From positions 14,254 through 78,253 of the forward strand of contig LWCA01000026.1 of NCBI GenBank assembly GCA_001642005.1: 64,000 nucleotides of DNA, in the 5' to 3' direction. Origin of the DNA: Intoshia linei. Taxonomy: Eukaryota > Animalia > Orthonectida. Under the pieces are notes generated by a model. That model saw only the letters and a list, made by a program, of their open reading frames with translations, was not told the origin of the DNA and did not search any database. This document shows positions 38,142 through 52,389 of this stretch, one piece after another. Made by a program: the position numbers and the translations under genes. Positions within the stretch are counted from its first letter, which is position 1; each line of letters opens with the position of its first letter.

Positions 38142-39196
38142 ATGCCAAAAAGAAATCTAAATAAAAGTAAAGGTAATTTCATAATTGAAATAAAAACTAA
38201 TATATACTATTAGAAGAAATACATCCAGATTTGAATGAAAATCCAGTTTTAGATCAACAACGACATGCTATAGCCATGTTGCAAAATCACGCAATTAATA
38301 CATACGGAAAATATCAACAAAATGATTTAACAAATATGATTGACTTTGCTCAAAACATTCAATCTCAATTAGCATCTCAAACCATTATAAATAAAATACG
38401 TGATGCTCAAGAAAAGAAAAAACTATTTGAAAATAGTTTGACTAAAGCGGGTACACCGCGAAAACGACAATACACTAAAAGAAAGAGTACCGTGAATGCA
38501 AAGCCAAAGGAATGTAAACCAAAGCGTAAATACACACGGAAAACTAAAAAGAGTATACAAAGTCAATTAGACAGCGAAGAAATTAAAAAAATTTGCACAA
38601 TGCGCCGGGAAAAAACTGCTCCAATTGTACATGAAAAATCTTTTATAGACTTAAAAATAGAACAAATAATTGATAAAGAACGATATCAGTGTAAACCTGC
38701 AAATCAAATGGACAGTCAAGTTAAATCAGAGCAAATTGAAATTGCACCTGTCTGTGAAGAGGTGTGCTCAGTAGTAGCAGAAAAGGGTAGTATTTCCGGT
38801 GATAGTATGGAAAATGAAAAAAGCGTTGAAATGGATTGTAATGAACAAGCTAATGGTGAGCAAGACAAAACTCTGACAAATTCACAAATTGACAATGACA
38901 TCAAGTTTGACATTGAATCCAAGAAGAAAAAATGCGTTAATGAATTTATCAGCTTTACTGATGAAGAACATATACGTATTATGAAAGAAAACAAAATAAT
39001 TCAAATTATAAACCCGACAAAAGACAAACCATTAGCATGCAAGAAATGCTACCTTGTTTTTAAAAATGCAGAGTTTCTATGTTGGCATATACTCTCACAT
39101 CACAGAACTTTTTGCCCAGTTGATTGTATCGACCAAAAAACTCTTAATACTATGAAGATGTGTGTATCTGATACACAAACCAATTCTACCGACTAA
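38142..39196 (+). CDS. Uncharacterised basic nuclear protein with a single C2H2 zinc finger
   Basis: Exons 38142-38172 and 38214-39196; CKKCYLVFKNAEFLCWHILSHH; basic motifs PRKRQYTKRK and PKRKYTRK. Confidence 0.75.
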
Positions 39197-39229
39197 ATTT
39201 TAATTTAATTACAACTTTAAAAATATACA

Positions 39230-42200
39230 CTAAATAACACTTTCTTCTGATTTTACCAATTTAAACAAATTTGCAGCTTCTTTTATTCGACTATATTGGA
39301 TACAAAACGCTTGAAGTTCGATAAACATAGCCTACAAATAATTATTATTATAGTAGTTAAGTCTATTCGTCGTTCTAAAGCAGTTGTTCTTAAACTTAAA
39401 ACTCCACGGACCCCTTAAAAATTTACATTTTTAAATCACTTAATGAGCTAAATATTTGATAACTAAGCGTGAATAGATCAATTTGTAAGATTGAAAAATA
39501 TTTTTGAATTTTTAATTTAAGATACCATTGACCAGACCGAACATACCATAATCGATGCACATCCAAAAATAAAAATAGATAAAGTTTTTGCAAACGATGT
39601 TTGATCCCATATAGCCCGAGTCACCTCTCCACGGATCTGGATTAATTGTTTAAATTTGATACAAAATTCAATGTGTGGTTATGATTGCCAAAAATACCAT
39701 ATGTTTTTTTTAAACTGTTTAAGTTTGAAAAATGACCCATTTTATAAAAATTTCGTCAAATTTGCCGAAAATGGGTATCAACTCTGTCGTCGATATTTCC
39801 GATTCTTAGTTTTCAATTTAATTTAACATTTGTGTAAATTAAAAAATGCTAAAACGTGTTTTTGACCGATAAAAGGAAAATTTCTGATGTTTAATTTTTT
39901 CTCTATAAAATAAAAGAAAACTGACTTATAATTATATTTTTTATATTCTCGTTATTTTAACCCTTTACTGCTCGCGCAATGTCCATTTTATTTAATATTT
40001 TCAAAATGTTGGTAATAAACTGATAAACTGAGTTCTTGACCGTGAGAATGCAAATTTCTGATAAAACACTGACTGAAAAAACTGCACAAGAATTTGTCTA
40101 AATTTATTTTTTAAATGTTAGATTTTATAAAACAGGACTACAGATACTAAAAATAAATAAACATTACATTTTTATCATAATTATAAAATAATGATTAAAT
40201 CATGCCCAGGGATCCGTGGACCCTAGTTTAAGAAAAACTGTTCTAAAGTAATTACTTCTTTATCAACCAAATCATTTCGAAACAAAGATTGTATAAATAC
40301 ACAAACTAGCCGAATCATTCGATTTTGATACGTCTTATCATTCATAGCCTCACAAGAACGTAAGCAATTTGAGGCAAACGAAGTTGTGAATTCTAGAGGC
40401 AGTTTAACTATCTAAAATTGTTATTTAGAATAAAAATGAAAATTTGAAAAAATTTTGAGCTTTTATGAAACCATGTAGAGCAGAGGTAGAGAAAGTACGG
40501 CCTTATGAACAATTTTAAAAATATTAATTTTTGATAAAATAGCATTTTTCCAAAAAATTGGTTGGTAAAATTAGGTTTTTTCTTTTGGGATCAGATAGAG
40601 TGATTTTTGATCTAAAAGTTTGGTATAATGAGATTTTTCAAAAAATATTGGTAAAAGGGGATTTTTTCCTTAAAGGTTGGTAAAATTTTCGTATTCACCC
40701 CTAATAAAATTATTCATCACCTGGGGTGATCAGTCACCCCATGAGAAGCACTGCTGTATTTGATTGTATTTAGAAAGTTGCGGCCTTATTGAATTTTTTG
40801 GACGTTAGTGCTGCCTTTGAAAAGTTAATGCTTCCCACCTCTGATGTAGAGTCTATGGGTGTTAAGGGGTCAGGGGGACCACGAAAAATATTGTCTAAAT
40901 TATTATTAGTAATACTGAACTACGGTTTAGGAACCACGTGGTAAGTGAATAATACAGTCATTAAAAGCAAACTATCGTTCATTATCCAATGTACCCGTAA
41001 CATTAAAAAAAGACGATGAGAACATTGAGAATAGGGATGTCAAACTCCATTTTCTGTACGGGCCAAATATAAAAAAATTTGTTACGCGGGCCGCACAAAA
41101 AATCTTTACTCAAACTGACAGTTTTAATTGATTTAGAATTTAAAATAAAAAAAAGAAACAATAATAATAGAATAAGTATATAACAAATGTGATAATTGTA
41201 ATTATGAATAAATATATAAAAAAACAGTAGAAAACGAAATATGTGTAAAAATTTTTGTTATCAAAATAAAAATTTATATTATAACGCGGCCCGCACATTC
41301 CATAATTGGGAACCGCAAATGGCCAACGGGCCGCATAATTTACACCCTGATAAAGAAGTAATCAAAATTTTGACAATAAAAGAATAAATACCGCAACCAA
41401 CGAATTTATCACTTCCAGTGTGTGTAATGACAACCCAATCTTTTGTATACCAAGCAAAAACCTAAAAAAGGTAATAATAATAATAAAATAAATTAAGATT
41501 ACAAAAAAGTATATTACTTTGTACTGTTTTTAGATTCCGTAGATTCTTCTGATTTTATCATTGATGCGATACAGTGAACAGCTACATTAGGATTGTATTC
41601 CACCAGTAATTTAAACTACATACAAAAAAATGAAACAAAAATGAAAAAAAGATTACCGAATCTAATCTTAATTTAACACCATTCACTAAAGACGGTGATT
41701 CGTTGAGTAAATTATAAATAGTATTTTGCTTTTCAATTGGTAAAACAATTCGATGTGATTTTGCAATTAATCGAGATAATTCTGAAAATTTTGATTCAAT
41801 AGATATAATTGAATTATCCATGATAATTGGAGCATAATCTACAATTGGGTTTATCCAGCATAACTAGTAAAATGAACGAATATAAAGAAAATAAATACAT
41901 GTTAAAAAATTGTAAATTACTTCATCATCAGCAATATGTAGAGGTGGTCGTAATCTTAAAAGTTTTGGTGCAAAAGAAGAATTTATTGGAGGATTCTCTC
42001 CAGAAATAATATTAACAATAATGTCCAAAATTTCAGAGGAAAACAAAACAGAATGTTCTTTTGTATATTTGGAATTACTAAATAATACATTTTTATTTTT
42101 TTTCTTCAGTTGTAATCCAAAATAGATTTTTAAAATCTACTTAATCACTACAGTTGTCAACGGCAAAAAAAGGTTGTGAATCACTGTTGTTAAGATACAA

Positions 42201-44223
42201 CTTTAAATGTTGCAGTATATTTCAGTAATTCATGGTTATCTGTATATATAAAAAATGCACTTACGTAAATTCTTGAGATGGTAATATACTAGGTGCTAAG
42301 CAACGTGCCATAGTTGGTTTACGACCTTCAATTTTTAATAATTGCGTATGAATATCTGTAACATTTTGTAACTAAATGCTAATAAATAAATAAAATTAAT
42401 AAAAAAACCTTGATAAACTGGAGTCCATCGTTAACAATTTCATAAGCGGTGTGTGAATACAACTAAAATGTAAAATTAAATGAATTAATGATAAAATAGT
42501 TGAAAAAAATGTATAAAAGACTCAAATAAATTTTAACGATTTTTAAAAATAACGAAAACGGTCAATAAAAAAAATTATTTGGGAAATACCGCTAAATGCT
42601 TATAGATGTTCTCTATCGATATTTTTTTGGTAGTCTGCCTCTAAACTTTTAACGTATTGATATCGTAGTCGTGATTTCGACCAAAAGAAATTGAGATAGA
42701 TTCTATTAATCTGCCTCTGTTAATAATTATACAGACATAAAAATGATAGTAGAAACCTAGTTTCTGAGAACTGCCTATGAACAATGTATACTGAATACAT
42801 CATCCTTACTTATATAAAATTGAATGTCTGTCTTATGTGTTATCGTTTTTTCAATAACCAAGAGTCCTAGAATTTTAACAAATACAAACTGCCAAATCAG
42901 ATTTTTCCAAGACAAAAATTAACATAAAGTTGAATTTAAAAAATGCATATATTCATGGTCAAACCCCCAAATTACCCATTTATTTAAAAATGAAAAAAGG
43001 CCTAGAATTTAAAAAAATATACACTGATACTGACGATGACACTTATCTGATACAGATTTTAAGAACATGAGTATTAAAATAAATTTTAATTTCCAAAAGG
43101 CATATCCTCAGGGTCAAACCTCTAAATTACCATATTATTTAAATATGAAAAAAGTCCTAGAATTTTATAAAACATACATTCTGTGATATTTTTTAAATAA
43201 TAAGTATTATCATTAAATCGCAATCTTATAACAGTTCATTTTCATGATGAAAACACCAGATTGCTTTTTCCCTTTTTTTAAAAAATGAAAATAGTCCTAG
43301 AAATTGAAAAAAAATTACACAACTTACATTTATCTCCAGTTAACACACACAAAAAATTTAAATATCAAAAAATGACGTCTCCACGGCCAAAAAAGTACTT
43401 TGGTATACATTTTTATTATTTGGTAACTATTTTATAAAAACAAAAAATTTGAAACAATTAAATTCATATATTTGGTTCCAGAATTTAAAAAAAAAATTAT
43501 ACTGATACAGCTTATTCCAGTTGATATTGATACAAAAAAAATATGTATAATTCGTTATTTATTATTAATAATTTTTACTAATTTACTCAACAATCGAAAG
43601 CGTCCTTGTTCAAAAAACTATTTTACTGTTGGACAATATAAAAATAATGTATAATTTATTTTATAACACAAAATAGTACGTCGTACAATTTACGTATTAA
43701 TTTTTCATTTTATTTTATTAAAAACAACTTGAGAATAAGGTAAAAATGGACACAAAACTAGATAACAAAATTAAGTTATTAACAAATTTATAAATTATAA
43801 TATATAAACATAAAAAAATATACATCTGTGACTTTATCGTTCACTAAACAGGACACAAAAAATTGTTCAGTTTGATTTCCAATGGAAGTAGACCAAAATG
43901 GTTTAGTAATAATATTTTTTGTTTTTTTCTAAATTAATAATAAACTCATCAAAAATAACAAAAACCACAATTTGTGACATTTAACATTTAATAAAAAAAC
44001 GATCGGAAATTTTCAGAAAATCTGATAAAATTCAAAACTATTGCAATGAACAGTGGTTCTTGTCCCTGTTTCAATAAAAATAAATTACCATAATTGAGAA
44101 TATTTCAAAAGCAAAAGGATTTTGGATGAATGGACCATTCGAATATAAATAGTATAAAATTGATATAATTACAATTCTAACAGTGGATGAAGATATAAGA
44201 TCATAATTGCTTAATAAAAACAC
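39230..44223 (-). CDS. CNOT11: CCR4-NOT subunit 11 (first exon not located)
   Basis: Exons encode VFLLSNYDLI..QNPFAF, EQFFVSCL, RLRPPL..DE, LVEYNPNVAV, SLHTLEVINSL, LPLEF..SNCLRSCE..QNRMIRLVCVFIQSL and FIELQAFCIQYSRIKEAANLFKLVK*. Confidence 0.92.
39381..40240. mobile_element. hAT MITE in the last CNOT11 intron
   Basis: CAGTTGTTCTTAAAC..GTTTAAGAAAAACTG with 8-bp TSD TTCTAAAG. Confidence 0.9.
40481..40843. mobile_element. hAT MITE (same family as 20657)
   Basis: CAGAGGT..CCCACCTCTG with 8-bp TSD ATGTAGAG. Confidence 0.9.
41032..41349. mobile_element. hAT MITE with GCGGGCCG subterminal motifs
   Basis: TAGGGATGTCAAA..TTTACACCCTG; related to the 46140 element; TSD degraded. Confidence 0.65.
42803..43540 (+). 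mobile_element. Helitron 5' portion in a CNOT11 intron
   Basis: A|TCCTTACTTATATAAAATTGAATGTCTGTC start plus tandem subrepeats. Confidence 0.75.
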
Positions 44224-45754
44224 CTAAAAATTTAAATATACATTGTTTTATATCAGAGATTGTCGACATATCAACAAAATTTAAATGTTTTTTTAACATT
44301 CAAAAACTGAATTTACAATATCATTTTATTTGTGGGTAATATGTTTGGAGAAAAGTCAACACCTTAATCTACATCAGGGATTGGCTACTTTAATGTAACA
44401 GAGTTTTACAATAACTACAAATCATCATGATCTGAAACAGAGCAGTAACGAAGATTTTTCGAACACATAAATAAGATTTAAACAATTTTATCCAAAACTG
44501 TTGTATCATAAAATAACAGTGACTGATTTAAATAAAGCTTGCCGACCCTGATTTACATTCTCTATATGTCCACTATTTAATAAATATTTACAATCACAAC
44601 TTATAAATATATTATACATTATAGTCTAATTCAGGGGCTCCCAAAGTAGGCGATTAATTCAGTTAGGGGGCGATTATAAAAACATAAATATAATTTTTTA
44701 AATATATTTCAGTACAGTAAAATAAGTAAAATTGATGCGGTACCAAATTTAAAATATAGTTCCATGTCAAAGTTCATGGATTGTTTTATTATAACATTTT
44801 AATTATTAATTACACACATTTACAACACATGTTATATTGATACTATAAAATTATAAAATTTTATTATAAAATAAATTATATATTCTATGTACAAGTGGTT
44901 TTATATTTTTTTAGTACTTTATTTATTTATAGACAATACAGTTTTGTTCAAACAATTTTTAAAGTACAAAAACATATATAAAAACACTGTATACCCAAAA
45001 AACGATTTTACATGGATAGAGTGGAGCGTTGATAAATTTTTTGGTTGTAAGGAGATATTTTTATAGAAAGTTTGGATCCACTGATATAAAAAGTGACAGT
45101 AAAAAATATATATACGACGTAGTCAAAATTTTTTTTAGGAGAACGTTGAGAAAATATATTGCTAAAAAAAAGGCGGAATAAGTTTGGGAACCCCTGTGTT
45201 AGTGTATAAAATGTTCTTATACAAAATGTTAATGTATTTGGAAAAATTATATCATTTTTATTAAAATTATGTAAAAAAATATAAAAAGGTATTTCTGTTA
45301 TAAAAAATATTATAAAATATATCGTATAAAAACGAGTAAAATTAAAAATTATAATTTGAATTATACATACACTGCTAGAAAAAAATTTGTATTTGTATTT
45401 TGATAATAATCGCCAAAATAAACATGTACCATCACATCGTCTCAAGATTTTTGGACCCGTAAGGTTAATAAAAATACTGTAAATTTTAATTATTCCTGTT
45501 TTATTCTATTTCATATAACATTTTCATTATCGACAAAGATATACACGTACAAACGACAAATCACATGAAATTAAATACGCGACACTAAAAATAGGACAAG
45601 AAATGATTTTGTTATTCATTATAATCAGAATTACTGAAACATTACTGCTGAATCAGCAGTGCTGATAGATTAATAATAATATGTGTAATAATATATGATA
45701 GGATATGATATATGATAGTGTAATAATAATGTAAACTCTATAAATAAACATTAC

Positions 45755-48700
45755 ATATTTGGAATTTTCAGTTGAGTCTCTATTAACCCACTTTTTATAG
45801 TTGCATATTTTTTCAACATAACACATGTTTGTTCCAGTTCCTAGAAGCAACATAAATATAATATTTTTACGCTAGATCGCCAATTTTGGGATTCTCACAT
45901 AATTTAATTTAATTTAGACATTTAATGTAGTAAGGAATTTTGTGAAATAAAAGAGGAATAACCAAAGGTCATTTAAAATATAAATCATATATGATACCAA
46001 CAATATTTATGAGAAAATTTAACATAAATTGGTTATAATGACAAACCTACTGTTATCGAGACCCCTTTTTGGGTATAGGAAATTTTTGTAAAAATGGGCA
46101 ATCATTTTTCCAAGTTGCAACTAACTTACACTTATAGACCAGGGGTCTCAATTATACGGCCCGTGAGCCATTTGCGTCCCCAATTATGGCATGTACGATC
46201 CGCGTTATAATATAAACTAACTTAGCAGTTTTGTATTACGTACAAACAGCATCTAGCTCTGCTGAGGGCACTCGTTTATTATACCAAAAAAATAAATTCA
46301 CGTTGAAAATCTAACTTAAAAATCCTACTATTAACTATTATCATTTAAAGGAATGGTTCCCAAATTTGTTTCAAGTAGAACCGTCATATCACATTACTTT
46401 TTACTTTAAAGTGAATTATTCAATCTTAATTTTGTTTTGTTAACATTTGTGTAAAGAATTTTAAAAACAATTATTATCCCATTTTTCTAATTTATTAGAC
46501 AGAATGTGTGTATAATATTAAAAATAAAGTAAAAATAGTCATAAATAGCATAAATTCCAGAAAAAATAAAATTATAAAAACCAGTTTGTCATTTTCAATG
46601 TGATGAATCACTGATGACATATATTCAGTACCAATTTAATAAATACTTAAAAATATCAATTGTGTATCAATAATTAACCGCATCTTATCTTTATAAACAT
46701 ATTTTAGTTGAATTTTACCATTACTACAAAGGATTGTAATATAAAAATGATATTAACAAAGTTTTTTAGTTTCGTTGTTGTAGTTTCTTATTTAAATTTA
46801 AATGTTTTAATAAAAATGTTTTAAAAATAAAAATTTTAAATTTTAAAATTGCGTAGAAATGAAAAAAATTCCGAAGGAATGAATTATATTATATTTTCAT
46901 CCATATTTCTTTATTGCAAATGTGTAGACGTACAATGCACATTTTTTTTGAAAATGTAGGATCATTATTTACATTTTCAATTTTTGATTTTAATCGAAAT
47001 ATTTGAAAAATATTGATTAATAATATATTAAAAATTATTTTTCACCGGAAATGCGTAGATTTCTGGGGTTGAAATTTTGTATTTATATTAAGTGGAATAA
47101 GCTCTATCAGAATAATCTTTTTTTTTAATTTTCTGACCGTTAATTATTTCACATTTTTTGTTTTAATAAAATATTTCGAAAAAAATATATTAAATACTAA
47201 AATGCTTTTTTAACCGTGAAGTTTGCACTTATTCGGATTGAAATTTTTTATGTGGGTTAACAGGATACAACTGTACCACCTGTAAATTTTTTGAAATTCT
47301 AGGGCTGTTTAAAAAAAGAAAGGGAATTTGTGGTTTTGGCCATAAAGAAATAATTTTTTTAAATTTAAATTTATGATAATGTTTATAATTTTAAAATTCG
47401 TATCGACGTATATTTTAATAAATTCTCCAACTCATTTGATTTTTAAAAAAAAAACAATTGGGGTTTTTGACCCGTAAGATATGAGTTTGGGAGGTTGAAA
47501 TTTATCTTATCATATCCCACAAAAAATTGTAATTAAAACGTGGAGTTTATAAAATTCTAAGACTGGTTTGAATAAAGATTTTTTTTGTGCAACCCGTGTA
47601 AAAATTTTTTTTCATATTTGGCCCTCCAAGCAAATTGAGTCTCACAGCCCTATTATAAACCTAACTACATTGTATAAATATTTATACCGTATACTTAATG
47701 CGCGATAACAAAATACAGAGTCGAACCTACCCAGATCGAGACCACACCAAAAATCAAAAATAGGTCCCAAAAACATTTTTTAAAAACTATGAAATGCATA
47801 GTGTCATACAGCCCTAGCGACCACTCTAAGGCTCTTGACTTGATTTTTTAAATTAACACACAAAACAGTTATGATATTCAAGACTATAATTTTTTAATGC
47901 TTAATTTGAAAAAATGTGGCCACCCGAAGAGGGTCTCGAATACGATAGGTTCGCCACTGACTTAATGTATCATTTTTGATTAGTAAAATTAAAAAAATGT
48001 CATTCTTTTTTACCAAAACAGGTAAATTAGAGGAGTTACTATAAAAACAATGTGATTGACTAAATTTGGGTCGCTGTCACTACTTGGCCACCTCTAATAT
48101 AGATAATTAAAAATGCATTTTATATAACCATATTTTATGTATCGATACAAAATTGAAACTTTTCCAAGTGATAGCTGATGCGATTAGATAAGAAATAAAT
48201 CTAATTATCCTTATTTAACTTGGCAATAAGTTCTTTTTTTAGAATAGTTTTTAAATTCATAAGTATTATAATAAATAAAAACTTAAAAAAATTGCATTTT
48301 CACGATCAAAACCACAGATTACCCTTTTTAAAAAATTCAAGAGTCCTAGCATTTAAAAAATTACAGTTGATACAGTTATATACAATTAACACACACAAAA
48401 ATTTCACGATCAAAAAAGCAGTTTTGTATTCATTTTTTTTATTATGAAACTATTTCATTAAAACAAAATATTTGAAATAAATCCTAATAATTAAGTCCTA
48501 CAATTAAAAAAAAATTCATATGATACAGATTATTCCATTTGATACAATACAAATACAATGATTTCGACAGTCCATAACTCAGATCAGAGTACTTTAGAGT
48601 ATAGGGGTTAATCTAAGATTTAAATTCTAAGTTATAGGGCTACCATTACAAATTAATGAAATAAATTATTTATGAAAGTTTAATTTTATGTTGTTTTTGA

Positions 48701-50611
48701 TATTTCATCATTCCCTATAACATTGTGATCCAAGTTTTCAGAGCCGACCCTACCAAGCTCGAGGCCATAGAAAATGAAAAATGGACCCTAAAATTTTTTT
48801 TGGAAAACAATGCGTTGTGTAGTATTGCCACAGCCACATCTTTAAGGTTCTCGACTTTACACTTTAAATTTAACACACAAAATAGTAATGATATTCAAGA
48901 ATATAATTCTATATATATTTAATTTGATGTGAATTGAGAGGTCCATTGTAAACTAAGTTTGGGGACCACTCCTTCATCCGAAATGCATCATAGAAGGAAA
49001 AATTATGTACTACATGTACTTAAAATTTTATATTTTATAGGATGTATGTTTTTAAGATGCTTTTTTAGGGTTGAAAGTATAATTTCATTATTTTTAATAT
49101 CATACACTTATTGTTTAATAAATTAAAATAATAAGTCGGCCTTTCCATTTAATTTAATTTCATAAAACATGCTGTTGCTGTTTGTACGAAGTACATAACA
49201 GTGAAGCTAGTATTGAAATAAAGACGGGATAGATATACTGAAGATGATAATTTCCAATACATATTTTAAGAATATATTGTTTACACACAATGTAAATACT
49301 ATGAAAATTAACTTATCAGTTCCCAAAATAATTTGATATTAAACCAGTGGTTTTCAACCTTTTTGTGTTCGCGACCCCCGTATAAACATAAAAAATTTTC
49401 GCGACTTAAAAAGTTTCTACATACACCAAACATCTTATCAATTCACATCAATGAAAATATTAAAGAAGCATATTCAGTTTTATTTATATTTTCTACTGTG
49501 TTCAAATTCTCACGACCCCCTGATAAATTTTGCGACCTATCGGTTGAAAACCACTGCATTAAACCAAATTTTTTACAGTAATGTAAAAATATAAAATTAA
49601 ATGATGAGCATAATATAACAATGGAATAAAATGATAAACCTATAACTACACCAATCTTAGCGTTGTGGTATTCGAAAGCTGTTGTCATTAGTGTCCCAAC
49701 TGTGTCATTGAGTATTGCACAAATTGAAACATTGAGGTTCTAGAAATGAAAAATTCATTAAAATAAAAAAACTTCAATAAAATGTACCTTTCGGTGAATT
49801 GCATCAGTTAAGAGTTGATTAATACAGTTTCCTACGGCATCGTCAATTTTATAACCCTTAGTCCATGAAATTAGTTTACCCGTGGATAAGGATGTCTGAA
49901 GCAATGGGAAAGAAAATGTGAAACCTAACCGCATGTGTTTATCCATTAAATTATATTTTATCATAAAATCTTGAATTGAATCAGCTATTAAATCAAACAT
50001 CTAAATTTTGGGTTAATTTGAAACAATCTATGAAAATTAATAATTATAATTATTAAAGTTAAAAGTACATAAATTGTTAACCTTTATAGAATTCCCAATT
50101 TTGACAGATTCTGGGATGTAGTAAATGTTACTAGTTGATTTATACGCATTGCCATCAATATCTATAAGCATAACACGAAAATTAGTGCCGCCTAGATCCA
50201 GCGCTAAAAAAGAACCAGTCTCTAAAATAAAGCATTTAAGAAATTGACAATAATATATAAAGTACACAACTCAGAAAGGGAAAATATCTACATTCTACAT
50301 GTAGTAGAACACTTTAAATGAAATGTGGAAATCAAAATTTTCCACATGTAAAAGACGTGATTGATAATTAATGATTAACGTGTGCAACGCTATAACATGT
50401 TATTATCACTATAAAATACCAAAAATAATAATAAATAATTACCTGAACCATTAGGTAAATCCGTGACAAACGAATTTAACATTTTTAAACTACTGCGTTC
50501 ATTATTTACTAATCCAGATTCAATTTCTACGGATAATAACCTAGAAACTTCTTTATATGTCTCTGGGTCTAGTAAAAATGCATTCAAAGTTGTATCTATC
50601 GCGGAATACAT
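45755..50611 (-). CDS. HK: Hexokinase, N-terminal half only (exons 1-5); possibly truncated or a pseudogene
   Basis: Exons 50611-50443, 50221-50082, 50000-49788, 49739-49640, 45840-45755. Motifs LKMLNSFV, LALDLGGTNFRV, LGFTFSFP, WTKG, LNDTVG, GTGTNMCY. No INTEWG or later exon was found downstream. Confidence 0.85.
46140..47652. mobile_element. hAT MITE with a Helitron (~46217-47570, minus strand) inserted in it
   Basis: CAGGGGTCTC..CAGCCCTA with TSD TTATAGAC/TTATAAAC; the interior matches the Helitron family. Confidence 0.75.
49345..49556. mobile_element. hAT MITE
   Basis: CAGTGGTTTTCAACC..GGTTGAAAACCACTG with TSD TATTAAAC/CATTAAAC. Confidence 0.88.
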
Positions 50612-51433
50612 CTATAGTTAAAAATAGAAATTTGCAGCAGTGATATTTTAGTTTGTGTGCTTTATAGTTAATTAATGTATTTGCAGATAATACATTTACT
50701 AATATTGTAAGTTAAATATTTATAAACTTTTGAAATTTACAGTTTTTTTAGCACAATTTTTTTTACTATTAAAATTTTCATTTAGCTTTCACAAAAAAAA
50801 CTTGGAATGACTTGAGAAGTATAGTAAATACATAATTCCAAAAACAAATTTAAATATTTAAAACATTCTAAACAAAGTGTAATATTCTCACACGTTGTAA
50901 CATTTTTTTAAATAAAACATTCAGCTACGCCGTAACATTATTATTGACGGTCAAATTTGAAAGTTTTTTTGTTTAAGTTAAACTTTAACTTAACTTGTAC
51001 CAGATTAATCATTATAAGGTTTTACGATCTTATAAGTCATGTTTGTATTGAATCTAAAATTTAATAAATAATTTGACATTGACATTTGTAAAGATGAATA
51101 GTCAAAATCTCATTTAACCCAAATACTTCCAGTGTGACCATATGGTCACACAACATTACAATTATAAAAAGACGTATCAAATTGAAACAAAGTTAATTAA
51201 ATATGAAAAATTATCTTAATTAGTATATTATATAACATTTCAGTATATTAGTTATGGGTTTTCACCGCTTAGCCTCCTGTGTCACTGACAGTGAGCCAAA
51301 ATAATTTTTCAAAGCAAAAAAAATCCACTGAAAAAATTTTATATATTTTTTATATGTTAAAGTTGTGATAACTGAATTTAATGAATACCATATGATGAAT
51401 TCATGGATCGATCCTGAACTCAATTTGGCAAAC

Positions 51434-51915
51434 ACTTATACCAATTTAAGAAAAAGCCTTTCGGATTAGTTGATGCTCCAATGACATGCTAAAATGTGAT
51501 GGACGATTTACTTGGCGATTTAAAAAATGTTACAATATATATGGATGATATCATCATTGCATCACCAGATACACAAACCCACGAAGCTGATTTGCAAGTC
51601 ATCCTTAGTCGTCTTTCTTCAGCTGGTGTTCACTTACAACCCAATAAATGTAACATAGGGAGTTCTCAACTTAAAATACTTGGTAAAATTATATAGATGA
51701 AAATGGAATTAGAACTGACCCAGAAAAAATAGAAGCCATTGCCAAGCTAAAAACCTTTACAAATCTTAAACAATTACGAAATTTTCTGGGCTTTTGTGGA
51801 TATCATATATCATTTATCCGAAACTATGCCGAATTATGTATCCCATTAAATCGCTTAACACAAAAAAAGATTAAATTTGAATAGTCACGCGAATGCCAAG
51901 TCGCTGTAAATGCTA
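51434..51915 (+). mobile_element. Ty3/Gypsy reverse transcriptase fragment
   Basis: PFGL..AP, IYMDDIIIAS, LQPNKC, FLGFCGYH..FIRNYA; stops and frameshifts; no LTR seen. Confidence 0.88.
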
Positions 51916-52389
51916 TATGGTGAAAAATATGCAAATATGTATTAACTTCCTAAATTTTTGTAAAAACCGAATCTAAAAAATTGGAAAAATTTGTCTGGGA
52001 GTATTCGGGTTAAGGAAAATGGCAAAACGTTAAAATGGCATTGTAGTATCGTCACAGATACTAACTAAACTTATCTTATTCTACTATAAATATAAACGAG
52101 TTATCACTTAAGAATCTTTCGAATAATGTATTGAAATTGTAAATAGTATATAACTTATTTTAGCTTAATTAATTAATAAACGTATTTACTACAGGCATAT
52201 TCGTTAAATGAATTAAACGAAAATATTAGAAATGTAACTGTATTAGAAATGTGCTGCTGCACTTTGAAACTGCAATATATGATAATGGTTGTAATTTTAA
52301 ACACTCCCACAATTTATGTTGTACAAATTCTATGAAAATGTATTTTTTCATTTTTAAAAAAATTAATTAGGTATTTTGGCCGAAGATGT

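Noticed and set aside
31666-38994. Antisense ORFs 31666-31932, 33498-33719, 36130-36390 and 38716-38994
   Set aside because: Shadows of real plus-strand coding sequence.
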